Source of the DNA: Macrostomum lignano
Taxonomy: Eukaryota
Length of the DNA stretch: 64,000 nucleotides
Reading direction: 5' to 3'
Assembly (NCBI GenBank): GCA_002269645.1
Contig: NIVC01000487.1
Span: forward strand, 186,001 to 250,000
Position 1 is the stretch's first letter; the number at the start of each line of letters is the position of its first letter. Positions 51,801 to 64,000 of this stretch are shown piece after piece. Position numbers and translations under genes: made by a program. Below the pieces are notes generated by a model, which did no database searches, had not been told where the DNA came from, and saw only the letters and a program-made list of their open reading frames with translations.

Positions 51801-52980
51801 GTGAGACACAGCTACCATCTCAGATGTTCAGGTGAGACACAGCTAACCTCTCAGATGTTCAGGTGAGACACAGCTACCATCTCAGATGTTCAGGTGAGAC
51901 ACAGCTACCATCTCAGATGTTCAGGTGAGACACAGCTACCATCTCAGATGTTCAGGTGAGACACAGCTACCATCTCAGATGTTCAGGTGAGACACAGCTA
52001 CCATCTCAGATGTTCAGGTGAGACACAGCTACCATCTCAGATGTTCAGGTGAGACACAGCTACCATCTCAGATGTTCAGGTGAGACACAGCTACCATCTC
52101 AGATGTTCAGGTGAGACACAGCTACCATCTCAGATGTTCAGGTGAGACACAGCTACCATCTCAGATGTTCAGGTGAGACACAGCTACCCTCTCAGATGTT
52201 CAGGTGAGACACAGCTACCATCTCAGATGTTCAGGCGGGTCCAACGTTACTCTCTTGGCACTCTAATCTCACCTGCAGCCCATTGGTGTTCATGATAGCC
52301 CGCTCAGCGTTGCTCTTATCGTCGAAGGTGACGAAGCCGACGCCCTTGGACAGACCCGTGTTGGGGTCCGTCAGCACCCGGATCTGCACCAGCTTGCCAA
52401 ACCGAGAGAACAGCGCGTTCAAATCGGCCTCAGTCCAGGTGCGCGGAATTCCTGACACGTACAAATTGCCCGGATTGCGCAACGGTAGGGCACCACCGCC
52501 GCTGCCGCCACCGCCTCCGCCACTACCTCCGCCGCCGCCTCCGCTGTGCCGCTCAGCCCGCGGCATCTGCGGCAGAGGCAGCGGCGAGCCGTCGGGGCCA
52601 ACGAAGCCGGCGCAGGAGCTGCTGCCGGTGGCGGCGTAGGCAACTCGCAGCTTCTTGTTGCCTAGCCGCATGCCGTGGAACTCGCCGATGGCCTTCTCGG
52701 CGTGCTCCGGGAACAGGAAGTCTACGAAGCCGTAGCAGAGCGAGGCGCCAGTCTGCTTGTCGCGCACCACTTTGTGAGTGCGAATTGGGCCGACCTTTTC
52801 GAATAGGGCGCGCAGATCCTCAGTGTCGAATGTCTGTGGCAGATAATTGATGATTAGGTTAGTGCGGCTGCGGTCCTCGTGGGACTGCTGCTGCTGCTGA
52901 TGCTCCTGCTGTGGCTGGCCAGCGCCTCTGCCCAGCTGGGCCTCCAGCATGCCACTTGGCGCCGATTCCTGCTGCAACAT
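45864..52980 (-). CDS. ELAV/Hu/Sxl-family RNA-binding protein (RRM1+RRM2); complement(join(45864..46112,52273..52980)); 3' end either the stop at 45864-45866 or a phase-2 donor after 45868
   Basis: RRM1: RTNLIINYLPQ...GASLCYGFVDF...NKKLRVAYA. RRM2: NLYVSGIPRT...GLSKGVGFVTFD...AERAI...LLVKFA. The GT-AG intron is in phase 0. No RRM3 is found nearby. Confidence 0.88.
46150..46860. repeat. 15-bp array (CAGTACACAGACCCT)n in ELAV-like intron 1
   Basis: Direct reading. Confidence 0.95.
48630..52233. repeat. 3.6-kb bipartite array: 33-bp unit (GTGTGCAGCATGCCTACCCTCTCAGATGTTCAG) to ~49290, then 31-bp unit (GTGAGACACAGCTACCATCTCAGATGTTCAG) x~95
   Basis: Direct reading; ELAV-like intron 1. Confidence 0.97.
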
Positions 52981-55816
52981 TTTCAAATAGTTATTATTGA
53001 ACTTATTGCAGCAACTTACTATAACTTGAGACAGATGTTTTAATATTTTTTTTCTGGCTTGCTATATGAATAGGTGCATCCATAGCCATGATAGCTATGA
53101 TAAAGAAAAAGAAGAAATAGAGGTCAAATAAGATCTTAATATCAGGCGTCAGGATCAATATTTGAGAATTAGACTTTTTTCTTATCTTAGTTTGAAAAAG
53201 TGCCAAGATAAGAGATTCTTTCTTTTTAGATTGGTAGAATTGCTTGGCTATAAAAGTATGTAAAATTTTATACAAAACAAATAGTCTTAAATCTAAAAAA
53301 ATTCAATCTAATCTTGCATTTTGTTGCCAAATAAAATCTTGAAAATTCCAGAAAGTCAATATTTTAAAAACCTATTTGCTATTGTTGCTAAGCTTCTAAA
53401 TGAAATAATTTAATGTGTCTTATAATCATAAAAAATCCAAAGTTTATATAATAAAGAGACAAATAAATGCTTTAAACTATTTTATTTTAAAAATAACTAT
53501 ATAGATTCAACCTTGTCATATTTGTTTTAATAACAAAGCACTTATATAGCTGTTTAGCAAATTATTATTTGAAAAAATAGAAAACTTTAAAAATTTACAA
53601 CTTTGTATAAAAGAGAATGAAATATGAAAAATAAAGGAAATGATATCATGATATACTATAAACATTTACTGGTGCTATAATATTTTAGATAAATTATAAG
53701 CAACTTAGACAATACTTGATACAATGAATTATTGATTTCCTTGATTTTATTTAAACCAAAATTCTAAAAAATTAATAAATAATTTGGTAGACTAATTTAG
53801 ACTACATAAATTAGTTTTTTAATTCTTTTCAAAAACAAATGTTCAAATTTATTTCATTATTCAAATCAATTGCTAGTTGATCTTGGTTTCCAATATAAAA
53901 GTAAATAAACATATATGATATAGATAAACATAAATTTCATTTAAGCTACATAATCTATATAACTAAATCTGAATATAATAAATATTAAAATGAAAGACAG
54001 TTTGTTACAAACTTCTATGAAAAATACACATCACATCACTGCAATATACTTTATTTGATAAAACGAAGCGCAATATCGTTGGTAAATTTGCTAGTTTTGA
54101 TAATAACCGGACTAAAACCTTTTTAGAAAATTAGTTTCTTTATATTTTATTAACACTAACTTGGATCTAGTACTGTAGTACATTTAGAGGTCGATGACTC
54201 GTTTTTAGCGCTTCACAAATATTCGTTGGAATCAACTAAAAATGTTTCTGTTTTTTTTATTTTATTCATAAAATAGGTCATAAGTGTGTTAAACTTTAGC
54301 TGTCAAAATTTGCTTTGCCTTATTACTTTGAAAGTACAAATGCGAAGTTTAAAGCGGAAAAAAGTGTAGTTCGTAGAAAGCGCGATATCTTTATTTACTT
54401 CTTATTTGTATTTCCTACCACTACTAATTACAACAAATTGTTTAAAAAACACATTTGATAAAGCAGATTTTTTTACTAAAAAGCTAAATATCTTTGCAAG
54501 AACAAAAATACTTTTAATAGCTGTTTCAAATATAGCCCATGCATTCTGCCATTGACGCGCTATGTTTCAAATGTATGCTATCAAAACTCATGAAGTCCTA
54601 CATGTATGTACACAGAGTTTGTTTAGTCTCCTAGGCAAGGACGGATTAAGTGGGTCAGAAGCCAAGTTTCTCAGAATATTTAGCTGCAGCTGGGAGTGGT
54701 TTTGCGCAAAGAACACAATTAGGATTAAGACTTTATTTTGAGCAAAAACCCATTTTAAAAAGCGTGTGGAATGCTCATCTTTAGTAAAAAAAAATTTATT
54801 TTTGTAAATTAGATTCCCTGTTGTAGATAAAATTTTGTACCCTACACCCCAAAAGATTTATATATTTAGTTGCATATAATATGCTTCAATAAAATTTTCT
54901 CCTATCCCGCGGGGTACACGTGCACTGTACATGCAGTGTACGTCATGATCGCATCAAAAAATTTACTCGTAATTTAAACGAAATTTCGGCGGGTTCTATT
55001 TCAGTCGTCCTTGGACCTTGGTATGCATAATACTTGCTCAATGGCCTGCTGTAAAACTACCAAGGATCGCTAGAAATTACCGTTATATCAGGACGTAACA
55101 CTACTATACGTACTACAACTGATACAATTACATGTAACGCGGTACTTCTAGTGGTTCTTGAAAACTACGTGTATGAATTAATGCTATACTAAAGTGCGTA
55201 TATATTACATCGTCTCTTTGGGTGTATAATCATGCTTTATTTTTGTATGCTTTTATTCATTATACACGTACACGTACACTCATAGATAGCTCTTAAACCA
55301 TGAAAAATTAATTATAAAGGTATGTCCTACCACATATATAGTACATGATGTACCTTTTGAACTGGATATAATAAAATAAAAGAAAACGGAGGCTAAAAGA
55401 TCGATGGTTAAAAAACAACCATCTTCTAATAAATCTAAATATATATAAGCAGAAGATTGTATACATACGCGTGCAACTCTTTTAAGAGTCGTCGCTTAAT
55501 GGAAAGGAATAGAGTGGGAGGATAGGTATCAGGTTCAAGTACACTGACCGGTCCAGTAGTGAAAAAGAGAGAATTGGAATAGGATTAGTAATGCAAGTTC
55601 CAGCCAACACGATGGGGCGGACGGACGAAAAGATGCAGGCCGGCAGTACACACAACAGCTGACAATGGGGAGAGAAATCCGGCCGACTCCGCATCGTACC
55701 GCTCTCCGATGGGCATAAAAATGAAGAGTCGTCATTGATTTTGCAGCAACATTATACATCAGCACTCGTCGCAAATCAATAGAGCCTATAGAGCGCCTGC
55801 GGCCCCCCAATACAGA

Positions 55817-57024
55817 ATGTCAAACAGAGGCAAAAGTGGCAACAAAAACACGGCCTTCGAGGTGAGCCTGAACGAAGGTAACATCACGCCGCGGAGCGGC
55901 AAGCCAAGACATTTGGACCGGCGCCTAGAAGATCGACCATCGACCCCGGACGTTATCGACAAGAGGCAGCGAGAGGCTGAGGAGCGACGCAAGGTAGGAG
56001 CCTAGGAGGGCCCTTTTGGGGGCCAGCGTACCCCACCATGTTTTGAAAGAAACTTCCTCAATACCGTCGAGTCGATTTAATCAGCAATATTTTTAGGACG
56101 ATCAGATTTTCTGCATAAAAGCTGAATTTGCCTTGATGAGCATTCTATTAGTTAGAGGTACGAGTATATCAAGGTTTAAAGCAACTTGAATGACATCAGG
56201 TTGAGGGGGCCTTAGCCCAGTGGTCCAGCGCGGCGCTCTGATGTATTCTACCAATGGAGCACGCTCGATTCCAAGTGCAGTCACATTCATTTGGGGCTAA
56301 ATTTGAATTTCGGCTTGGCTCTGCTCGTTTACGCCCTTGAAATTAACACCCTTGAAATCCAAACCCAAGAAGTGTACATGCATAACGATAAATAAAGTTA
56401 GGGCCTGTGTGAGTGTGTACCTGTGCGTATGACTGCGTACGTATCCGCGCACTTGTGTGCCTGCTCAGGTGAGTCGGCGGAATGGGCAGCAATGCCTCTC
56501 GCCGGTTGTGTGACAATGCTGTTTAAAGTGCGCCAGGGTGCACACAACCCCTGTGACTTCTCAAAAATCAGATTGAAAGAACTTTCAGGAACTAAAGTGT
56601 CTAACACTGACTATTTTTGAAAATTATCCTGTTAAAAATTATGAATTAAGGGTTGGCAAACTCCGGCTCACCGCCTGCGAAGCCTCTCTACCCGCCTCTC
56701 GGGTCCTTTGAGACTTCACAAATAGCAATCCGGCCCACTCAAGATTTGTCTCTTCTCAGCTCTCTTTTCCTCTCTTCTCCATTTCCTTTATCACCTATCT
56801 GCACTCTCCCCTCTCTCCGCTAGATTCCATACCTGACCCTTGGGTTAAAACAGTTTGCCGAGCCCCGATCTAAATCATCACAAACGCACCGATCGCGCAA
56901 TACACACTCGCAGAAAAAGGAAGAAGAGATGCTGCGACGCGTTGCCCAACACAATGTCAAGGTGGAGAAAATGGCCAAAGAGGCTGAGCAGCGGCGTCGA
57001 GCCTACGGACACAAAGCTAATTGA
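55817..57024 (+). CDS. Small stathmin-like (stathmin/STMND1-type) protein, 95 aa; join(55817..55993,56914..57024)
   Basis: In-phase GT-AG intron. MSNRGKSGNKNTAFEVSL...STPDVIDKRQREAEERRK/KKEEEMLRRVAQHNVKVEKMAKE resembles the stathmin AFELIL...IQKKLEAAEERRK...EVL pattern. Confidence 0.7.
56220..56560. mobile_element. Dispersed repeat of unknown family, copy 1 (stathmin-like intron)
   Basis: High identity to 58903-59250 (e.g. GCTCGATTCCAAGTGCAGTC...GGGGCTAAA and TGACTGCGTACGTATCCGCGC...GGAATGGGCAGCAATGCCTCTCGCCGGTTGTGTGACAATG). Confidence 0.65.
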
Positions 57025-57702
57025 TTACTCAATGCAGAACTAGAAGGATTATGATGATCAACGAATACTAATTTGCTTACAGCTTCTTATACGATCTATA
57101 AGTGCTCAGAGGAAGAGCTCAAAGCTAATAGTTGCACTTTGCACTTATTAGTAACTAAAAAGCAAACTAATTGTGCAAAATAATAGACACCTGATCCGAT
57201 TGTAGTTTTTGATGCTTAGATTAACATTAGATATAAAAGTACATGTAATACACCTCACAGCCTAGTCTATAAGACAGATAAAACACTACACAGTTATATA
57301 CGACCATGTTATTATCCGGGACTGTTTAACCAGAAATAAACTGTCAGAAAATATTTTCAAGCTTGATTTATTATGAATTATTTTTATTAACAAAAACAAT
57401 TTCACACCGTTACTTTCCGACTATTGCATTTTAATGCTATTGAATTGCCAGTAAACAGGTACAAACCGATACCAAGGACCACTAGAAGTTACCGTTGACT
57501 TCCTACTTTAGCACTAAATTATCTATACTAGTATAACTCACCTGTCTTACCTGGTATCTGTTCGATTAGAGGTTCGAATGACAAGTTATTCGAATTAGAA
57601 TATTAAATATGATTTTTCTTAAAACTTTAGATTAGCTATACAGAACGCCAGTGTAAAGTCCTGACGATACAAAATAACTTTTAGTAGTCCTTAACTATTA
57701 AA

Positions 57703-60700
57703 TTAATCATCAAGCTTCAAAGCTTTCTGTCTGGCCTGCTTCAGTCGCAGGCGTTCAAACCGGGCATTAGTGTGGGATTTGAACAGCGGATTAGCTTTCA
57801 GCCAGGATTCGTAAGCGGAGCGGAACAGCTGATATTCTTTGGGATCGACGGGGCGGCCACCGCAGGCCGAGCTGACCTCGGCGACGGCCAAGGAGGACGC
57901 AGAGGAGGCCGCTGCTGCGGGCAGGCGGTCGCGGCACCTGGCCACTTCGGCCTCCAACAGGCGGACAACAGCCGGACTAGGCGGCACATCAAAGCCGGTC
58001 ATCCGCCTCACCAGCCAGATTCTATAGGCCAAATCGTAGGGCTGGGCGGCGCTTAGCATAGCGTGAAACACGGCCTGGTCAGGCTGGGCCGCGTCGCGCG
58101 CCATGTCCGCCAGGAGGCGCTCGGCGGCCTCCTTGGAGCGGCAGGCGCCGCCCAGAGCCACGTAGGTGTCCCGGTCCGGCCGCAGGCCATTCGACCGCAT
58201 CTCGTCCAAAGTGTCCGAGCAGTCCAGCCGGTTCCGAACCCGATAGCGGAGCAGGGCATTGTACAGGTTGGCCCCGCCGCCGGGAGTCGATGCCCGGTGG
58301 AAGCCGCGGCTCCGGCAGAGCCGCATCAGCGTCCGCTCAGCTTCCGGTATTGGCGGAAGCATCTCCATCAGTTCGAAAGCGATCGCCGGAGTTGGCTCGG
58401 CGCCGTCGGCTCGCATTGACTCGAGTAGGCCAGCTAAGCCGCCAATTAGAGTAAGGCGTTGCCATGGCAACCTGAGCGCATCAGGCGAGTCTGGCAGGCT
58501 CGGCAGCGGCTGACGCGGCCGGAGGAGGCTGAGCGGGCAGCTCAAAGCCAGAGCGGCTGGTGGCTGAGCCGGCAGTGAGAAGTCCAGCTCTGACTGCGGC
58601 AGTTCAGCAGCCGACTCAGCTACCGGCTGCCTCATCACTGTCAGATTCTGGGCGTCCAGCTCAGCCGACCAGCCGTCCTGCAGTCGCTGCATCGCGGCGC
58701 CAGCGCCGGAGCCTTTGACGTCACCAGATTGGCCGTCGCCGAGTCGATTGGAGCCGGACCGCATGAAAGCCCGGGCTGGCGGCCCGGCCGCCGCTTCCGC
58801 CGCTGCCATGAGGCTCGGCTGACCGATGCCGCAGGCTCGAAGGCACCTGAGATGGGGATTTGGTAGAGTTGCATCTGTGTTGCATCGTCTACTAAAATAG
58901 CCCAGCGGTCTAGCGCAGGCTCTGGTGTGCTAGCGGCCTAGGCTCGATTCCAAGTGCAGTCGCATTAATTTGGGGCTAAATTGGAATTTCTGCTTGGCTC
59001 TGCTCGTGCAATTAACGGCCGTGAGGGGCTAACCCCTAAGACACAGTGAAGTGTACATGCCTAACGATAAATAAAGTTAGGGCCGCTGTACACTCCTGTG
59101 TGAGTGTGTGCCTGTGCGTGTGACTGCGTACGTATCCGCGCGCTTGTGTGCCTGCTCAGGGGAGTCGGCGGAATGGGCAGCAATGCCTCTCGCCGGTTGT
59201 GTGACAATGTCGCTTAAAGTGCGCCAGGGTTGCACACAGCCTCTGTGACTTATAAAAAGAGAACAATAGATTTCTGCGACAGTTATTGGAAGACCTTTCC
59301 AGTTAGAAGTTAGACCAACCTGAGCAGCCGATGATAGTGATGGGCCGACAAGCGACCACCGAATGCCAGACGGAATCGGCGCCAAACAAGCAGTGCGATG
59401 GCGCTGCCGGATGTTTTGTCGGCGAAGGCCGCCTGCAGCAGCGCGTTTAGCATTGTAGGCAGCGGGTGCTGCTGTCCAACGGATACGGAATCGTCGAATA
59501 TCTGCAGTAGTTGTTGCACAGTTAGTTTCAGTGAGATTTAAATAGAAATTTGCAAACATCACTTAGAAGCAATGTTTTTCTATTGTGGCCACTAATAATA
59601 AGACTTGGGAGAGGAGCGGCATCTACTGAGGGAGAAGGGTAAGGGGAAGGGCCACCGTAGCAACAGCGGCACCCACAGCAGGACAGTGAGGGAGCAGCGG
59701 CAACCAATGCTGCAGGACACTGAGGGAGCAGCGGCAACCAAAACTGCAGGACACCGAGGAAGAGGAAGCAGCGGTAACCAATGCTGCAGGACACTGGGGG
59801 AGCAGAGGCAACCACTGCAGGACACTGAGGGAGCAGAGGCAACCACTGCAGGACACTGAGGGAGCAGAGGCAACCACTGCAGGACACTGAGGGAGCAGAG
59901 GCAACCACTGCAGGACACTGAGGGAGCAGAGGCAACCACTGCAGGACACTGAGGGAGCAGAGGCAACCACTGCAGGACACTGAGGGAGCAGCGGCAACCA
60001 ATGCTGCAGGACACTGGGGGAGAAGCGGCATCCCATAAAAACAATGAAGTAAGACAAACCTTAAGCGCCTCCTGCACTAGTCCATTCTTGGCGCAGGCTA
60101 GCACAGCAAAATAGTACACGTATCTGTGCTGCTCCCCTCCGCCCCCAGCCTGCTTGGAGTCTTCGCAGAGCGCGTGATAATAGCGACAGGCCAGCTCGCC
60201 CGCCACCCGGTCCGGAGTGCCGTCATAGTAAGAGGCCTTAGCCAGAGAGTGCAGATAGTGACAATGGGTCGCATAGTTGGGCTCCACACCGGCTGAGCGA
60301 CACCTGAATTGAATTATGATTCCATAATAAATCTTTATTAGTCTGGATTAAACTCTCAAAGTCTCTAAACATTTGCTCGATTCAATCTCGATTGTAACAG
60401 CCATTCAGTCAGTTCAGTCACCTAGGCTAAGAAGCATCCCAGAATATCAATGGCATCGCCGCAGGTAACACGTACAGGTAAAATAGGAAAGAGGTGATTC
60501 CAGACGACTCTAAAATGATGAGATGTCACGGTAAAAGTCGCCAGAAAGTCGTTAAAGAGTCACCTAAGAGTCACTTTGAAGCGTTTTATTGTCAGAGATT
60601 CTGAAAATGACTCTTGGACGGTGGAGTGGTATCTGAGGCGTTAGAGTCGCTGAATTACATATAGAGTCCTGGTGTTGCGTCACTTTATGAATTAGAATCG

Positions 60701-61635
60701 AATATCGCATTTAAAACAACTTTATTTAGTCTACTTGAGTTAGTAGAAAGTTAAGCGCTGACCGCTAACACAGACTTTTTTATGATTCTGCAACTCACGT
60801 GATGCACTAATAACTCAACAGTCGCCTCTCCGTCGCATTCATTAAAGTCATTAGATAGTTGTTACTCCTAAAATAAACTCTAATCGTAAAGGACCTTTAA
60901 AGCTTATTTAAGTACTGAAATTGTTTTTAATTGCTAGTGAAAAATATTTAAATTTAAAACTAGCGGGTAAAAAGCGCGAGTATATCAAAAAATTGCCTCG
61001 GCAGCTAATTAGTTATCAAAAACCTTTATTTTTACGAATCATAATCAGGCATCGCACCTATTCATCACCGCCTTAACCTCGTCGTAGGCGCCAACCGAGG
61101 CCAGGTGTCGCATTGTCTGATTCATTATTCGCCTAGTGGGCAGGAATCGATCCTCGCCGATCATGTCTCGATGCAGCAGGCGCACAATGCCGGCCGTGTC
61201 GCCGGCCTCCGCTAGCTTGTCTAGCCGTCGCAGATACCAGCCTTCGTCGTGCTTCCTGCCGACTCGCGCTAGAGGCCGATGATCGGGTAGCCGGTCCTCG
61301 TCAATAATAACTGTATCGTCTGGCGCCGATTCCGACATAGCGTCGGCGGCCTCTTCTAGGCCGAGCTCGATGTCGATCCGGGCGGATTCGGGCGGCTCTA
61401 CTAGGCTGCTGGTGCGGGCCAGGGCGCCGAATTCGAAGCCAGATTTGTCCGTCCGCATCGGCTGCTGTTGCTGTTCAACCCGACGCCGATTGGATTTGTT
61501 CCGATTGGCCAGCTGTCCAAATCGAAACGCGCTGCTGGAGTCCTCCATGGTGGCCACGGAGCTGCTGCCAAGCCGGCGACTGGCCGCAGCCACTGTCCTG
61601 GTGGCAGATGATAGGCACAGGCGACAGAGCAGCAT
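57703..61635 (-). CDS. PTCD1: Mitochondrial pentatricopeptide-repeat protein, PTCD1-like, 715 aa; complement(join(57703..58846,59320..59501,60060..60303,61058..61635))
   Basis: All introns are GT-AG and in phase (2148 nt). The N-terminus is R/S/A-rich like a presequence. WYLRRLDKL...DMIGEDRFLPT resembles PTCD1. PPR-like helices: GVEPNYATHCHYL, LDEMRSNGLRPDRDTYVALGGAC, QPDQAVFHAMLSAA. Confidence 0.75.
58903..59250. mobile_element. Dispersed repeat of unknown family, copy 2 (PPR gene intron 3)
   Basis: Same orientation as, and high identity to, 56220-56560. Confidence 0.65.
59650..60020. repeat. ~31-bp array (GGCAACCACTGCAGGACACTGAGGGAGCAGA)n in PPR gene intron 2
   Basis: Direct reading. Confidence 0.9.
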
Positions 61636-62369
61636 TAATGCAGAAAGAGTTTATTTTAGTTTTATTTTTATGGCTTTAAGATTGCATGTTAGAGGTTGCA
61701 TGAGAGATAGCCCTTGAGTAATTGCTCAAAAAGTAGAGTTCCCACGTAGCTAAGGATACGGTTACAGGAAGTTACAGACACGGAGATTTTTTTATTTCCT
61801 AAGAAATCCTTAGTCCCTGGGGTTGGAGACTTAAGCAACGGATTTTCGATGCCACATGCATGTTTTCTTGTTGGGGCTTAAGTTAATATGAGTGCAGTTG
61901 CAACCATTGCAGTTCCAACCAGTTCCAACACTCTTGTCAACTCCGACACGAAAGCGTTGCTTCTTGTCGATATGGTTTCCTCCTCGTAATATGCAGTTCC
62001 ATATTTGAATTTGTCACTAATTGTTTTGCTGAGCTAGTTAATCTACTGATTAGTTGTGACTCGTACTTGAGTAGTTTTGGGCTGGCTCTCTGTTTGTCGG
62101 AAGCTACAAACCAGCAAGTCACTTCTGTTCGCGGTTACAGTTTCTAGTGACTTTGTTTTTTATAGGGTTCTTTTTCTCCCCGAATTTGTAGCCGGAGGTA
62201 CTTAATTTTCAATTTGCAGCTATCTTGATGATCGATAATATTGGTGCAGAACTTAGAGCTTAGTTGCACGTCCAGTGTCGCATTGGGCAGTGTTACTATC
62301 CAGTTTTAATTATCTGTTATTCAATTGATCAGTTTTCTATGTCTTCCCTCTACAGATCCTGGCTCTTCG

Positions 62370-63090
62370 CATAGTCATCGAGGAAGCGAAAGGGCCGTGC
62401 TTCCAATGGTGTTTCGTGCTTACAGCATGCCAGAGAGGCTGATTACAGCCGTCATGGCACTGTATCATAGCACGATAGCTGCTGTGCTGACACCGGGCGG
62501 CTTGTCGGATTTCTTTGAGAATCCTCTCGAGTGCTTCAGGGAGATACGCTTGTGCCGTTCCTGTTCGTCCTGGTGCTGCGGACTACTCTCCCTTCTAACG
62601 AAGACGGCTGCAGCGATGCGTGGGTCGACGCCAACTGGAGAGGCGGCTCAGCGTGCTTGGCTACGCCGACGATCTCGCCCTGCTGCCCTCGACCGTCGAG
62701 GGCGCCCAGCGCCACGTTCGCGAGGACCTGCGACGTCGCCGCGGACTTGCCTGGGCTGCCATCCGCTCTGCAAGGGCTGTCGTGAAGTCGGAGGCAATGC
62801 CTGGTCGCCAGAGGGCGGCGATATTCCAGGCGGTGATCGAGACTGTACTGTCCTACAACGCCTAGATCGGTACGCTGGCGGAATCGCTTGAACAGCAGGT
62901 CGATGCAGCGCACGCCCCCTTCATGATTGGCTACGAGCAAGTCACTCACTCTATCGCCGGAATGGCCTGTCCCGTCCCAGCGAACTGTTGCACCGTCGGT
63001 GCAGGAGGTGCTGTCGCTGACGCCGCAGGCACCCTACCGGCGAGGACAGGCGTGCGCACTCGACCTCAAAAAGCCCTATTACGAGTGCGA
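62370..63090 (+). mobile_element. Decayed non-LTR retrotransposon (RTE-like LINE) reverse transcriptase fragment
   Basis: Frameshifted pieces: FRAYSMPERLITAVMALY...TPGGLSDFF, LQGDTLVPFLFVLVL, VLGYADDLALL, RRRRGLAWAA...AIFQAVIETVLSY. It contains stops, frameshifts and an internal deletion after YADD. Confidence 0.85.
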
Positions 63091-64000
63091 GGCTCATGCA
63101 GTACCGAATATTATACAGGGCAGTGTATTACATTGTTAACGTAAACGAGAACGCAAAGGCAAAATACAAAGCAATGAATGGTTTGAGAGGGGTATGGGCA
63201 TGGCTAGTGCTCACGCAGTTTCTCTCTGCAATTTTTAGGCAACCATCAACCACCACTGCACCCCAAAGCATTTGCTGCGAGTCTTCTGTCTCCTGTGTTC
63301 GCAGGCTCGCTGACTTGGACCTCAAACCTCAGCTTCGGCATTGAGGTTGGCTAGTTTAAAGATAGTCTGTTTGCATAGTGTTCATATCACAAAGTATCTA
63401 TTGAAATATTATTCCAATCTAATCACTTATACAAATACTTGATATCTATTATAACTAAAAATAATATACAACTTAAATTTTTTAAAAGAAATTAGACAAT
63501 TATAAAAGTATACTACTAGGTCTAAGATAGATTGAAACCCTTAAGTGATTTCATTATGGATTACTAGCAATCTAGTGCCCCCTTCAGGGCGCCCAATAAG
63601 CAAGGAGCAAAAATTATTCATGTAAATTCATTAGAAAAGCATATTTTCATAAATTAAAATTTTGATTTAATTAAAATTTGACTTTTGGAAGTGTGTAAAA
63701 GAGTGGCGAAAAATAAACTAATTTTTGCTATATATACATGCATTTTGTTCTGTATAAGCAGTATATCAAGAGTAAAAAGTGAGTTTTGGTCATACAAAAC
63801 TTTGTTTTTCTGAATTTTGATTTTAGAAAATTTCAATTACCATTTTGGAAAGTTAGCAAATTTTAATTTTGACAGAAAATGATTTCTAATAATCCTAAAG
63901 CGCATTAAAATAACTTGACTCTTTTTCTAAAGCACGCATCCACAAGTTTTCAACATTTATTCCAATAGGGACACCAAGTCATTTAGATTAAATGTCACAA

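Noticed and set aside
48627-52233. CRISPR-like appearance of long regular arrays (also 33569-34000 and 45121-45845)
   Set aside because: Units are head-to-tail with no unique spacers, there are no cas genes, and the context is eukaryotic introns.
53000-55500. Very AT-rich stretch as a possible organelle insertion or foreign DNA
   Set aside because: No recognisable mitochondrial genes or RNAs; consistent with the intergenic region between divergent genes.
57703-58809. 368-aa ORF as a standalone gene
   Set aside because: It is the last exon of the PPR gene (acceptor at 58847); the Met is internal.
60500-60652. ~13-bp inverted repeat (CGACTCTAA...TTAGAGTCG) in PPR intron 1
   Set aside because: Short and imperfect with no TSD; cannot support a MITE call.

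Overview
This is eukaryotic animal genomic DNA. GC-rich, Gly/Ala/Gln-rich exons sit among AT-rich introns packed with unrelated minisatellites, a style suggestive of a free-living flatworm such as Macrostomum (inference only). Splice sites and reading phase were reconstructed by hand for these genes: a partial rhodopsin-class GPCR (-), troponin T (+, 11 coding exons, 362 aa), an SH2 + tyrosine-kinase-fold pseudokinase with a C-terminal coiled coil (-, 8 exons, ~857 aa), a serine-dehydratase-like protein whose PLP-binding lysine is replaced by Cys (-), an ELAV/Sxl-type 2xRRM protein (-), a small stathmin-like protein (+) and a PTCD1-like PPR protein (-, 4 exons, 715 aa). Also present are a decayed non-LTR reverse transcriptase fragment, two tRNA-derived CORE-like SINE copies, a foldback MITE, a second dispersed repeat and about 30 tandem arrays. 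Most long ORFs in the supplied track are translations of those arrays. The top candidate for a new system is an in-frame splice from the ELAV-type RRM exons into the serine-dehydratase-like exons, predicting a ~785-805 aa RRM-RRM-pseudoenzyme fusion. It rests on sequence alone and needs transcript evidence.
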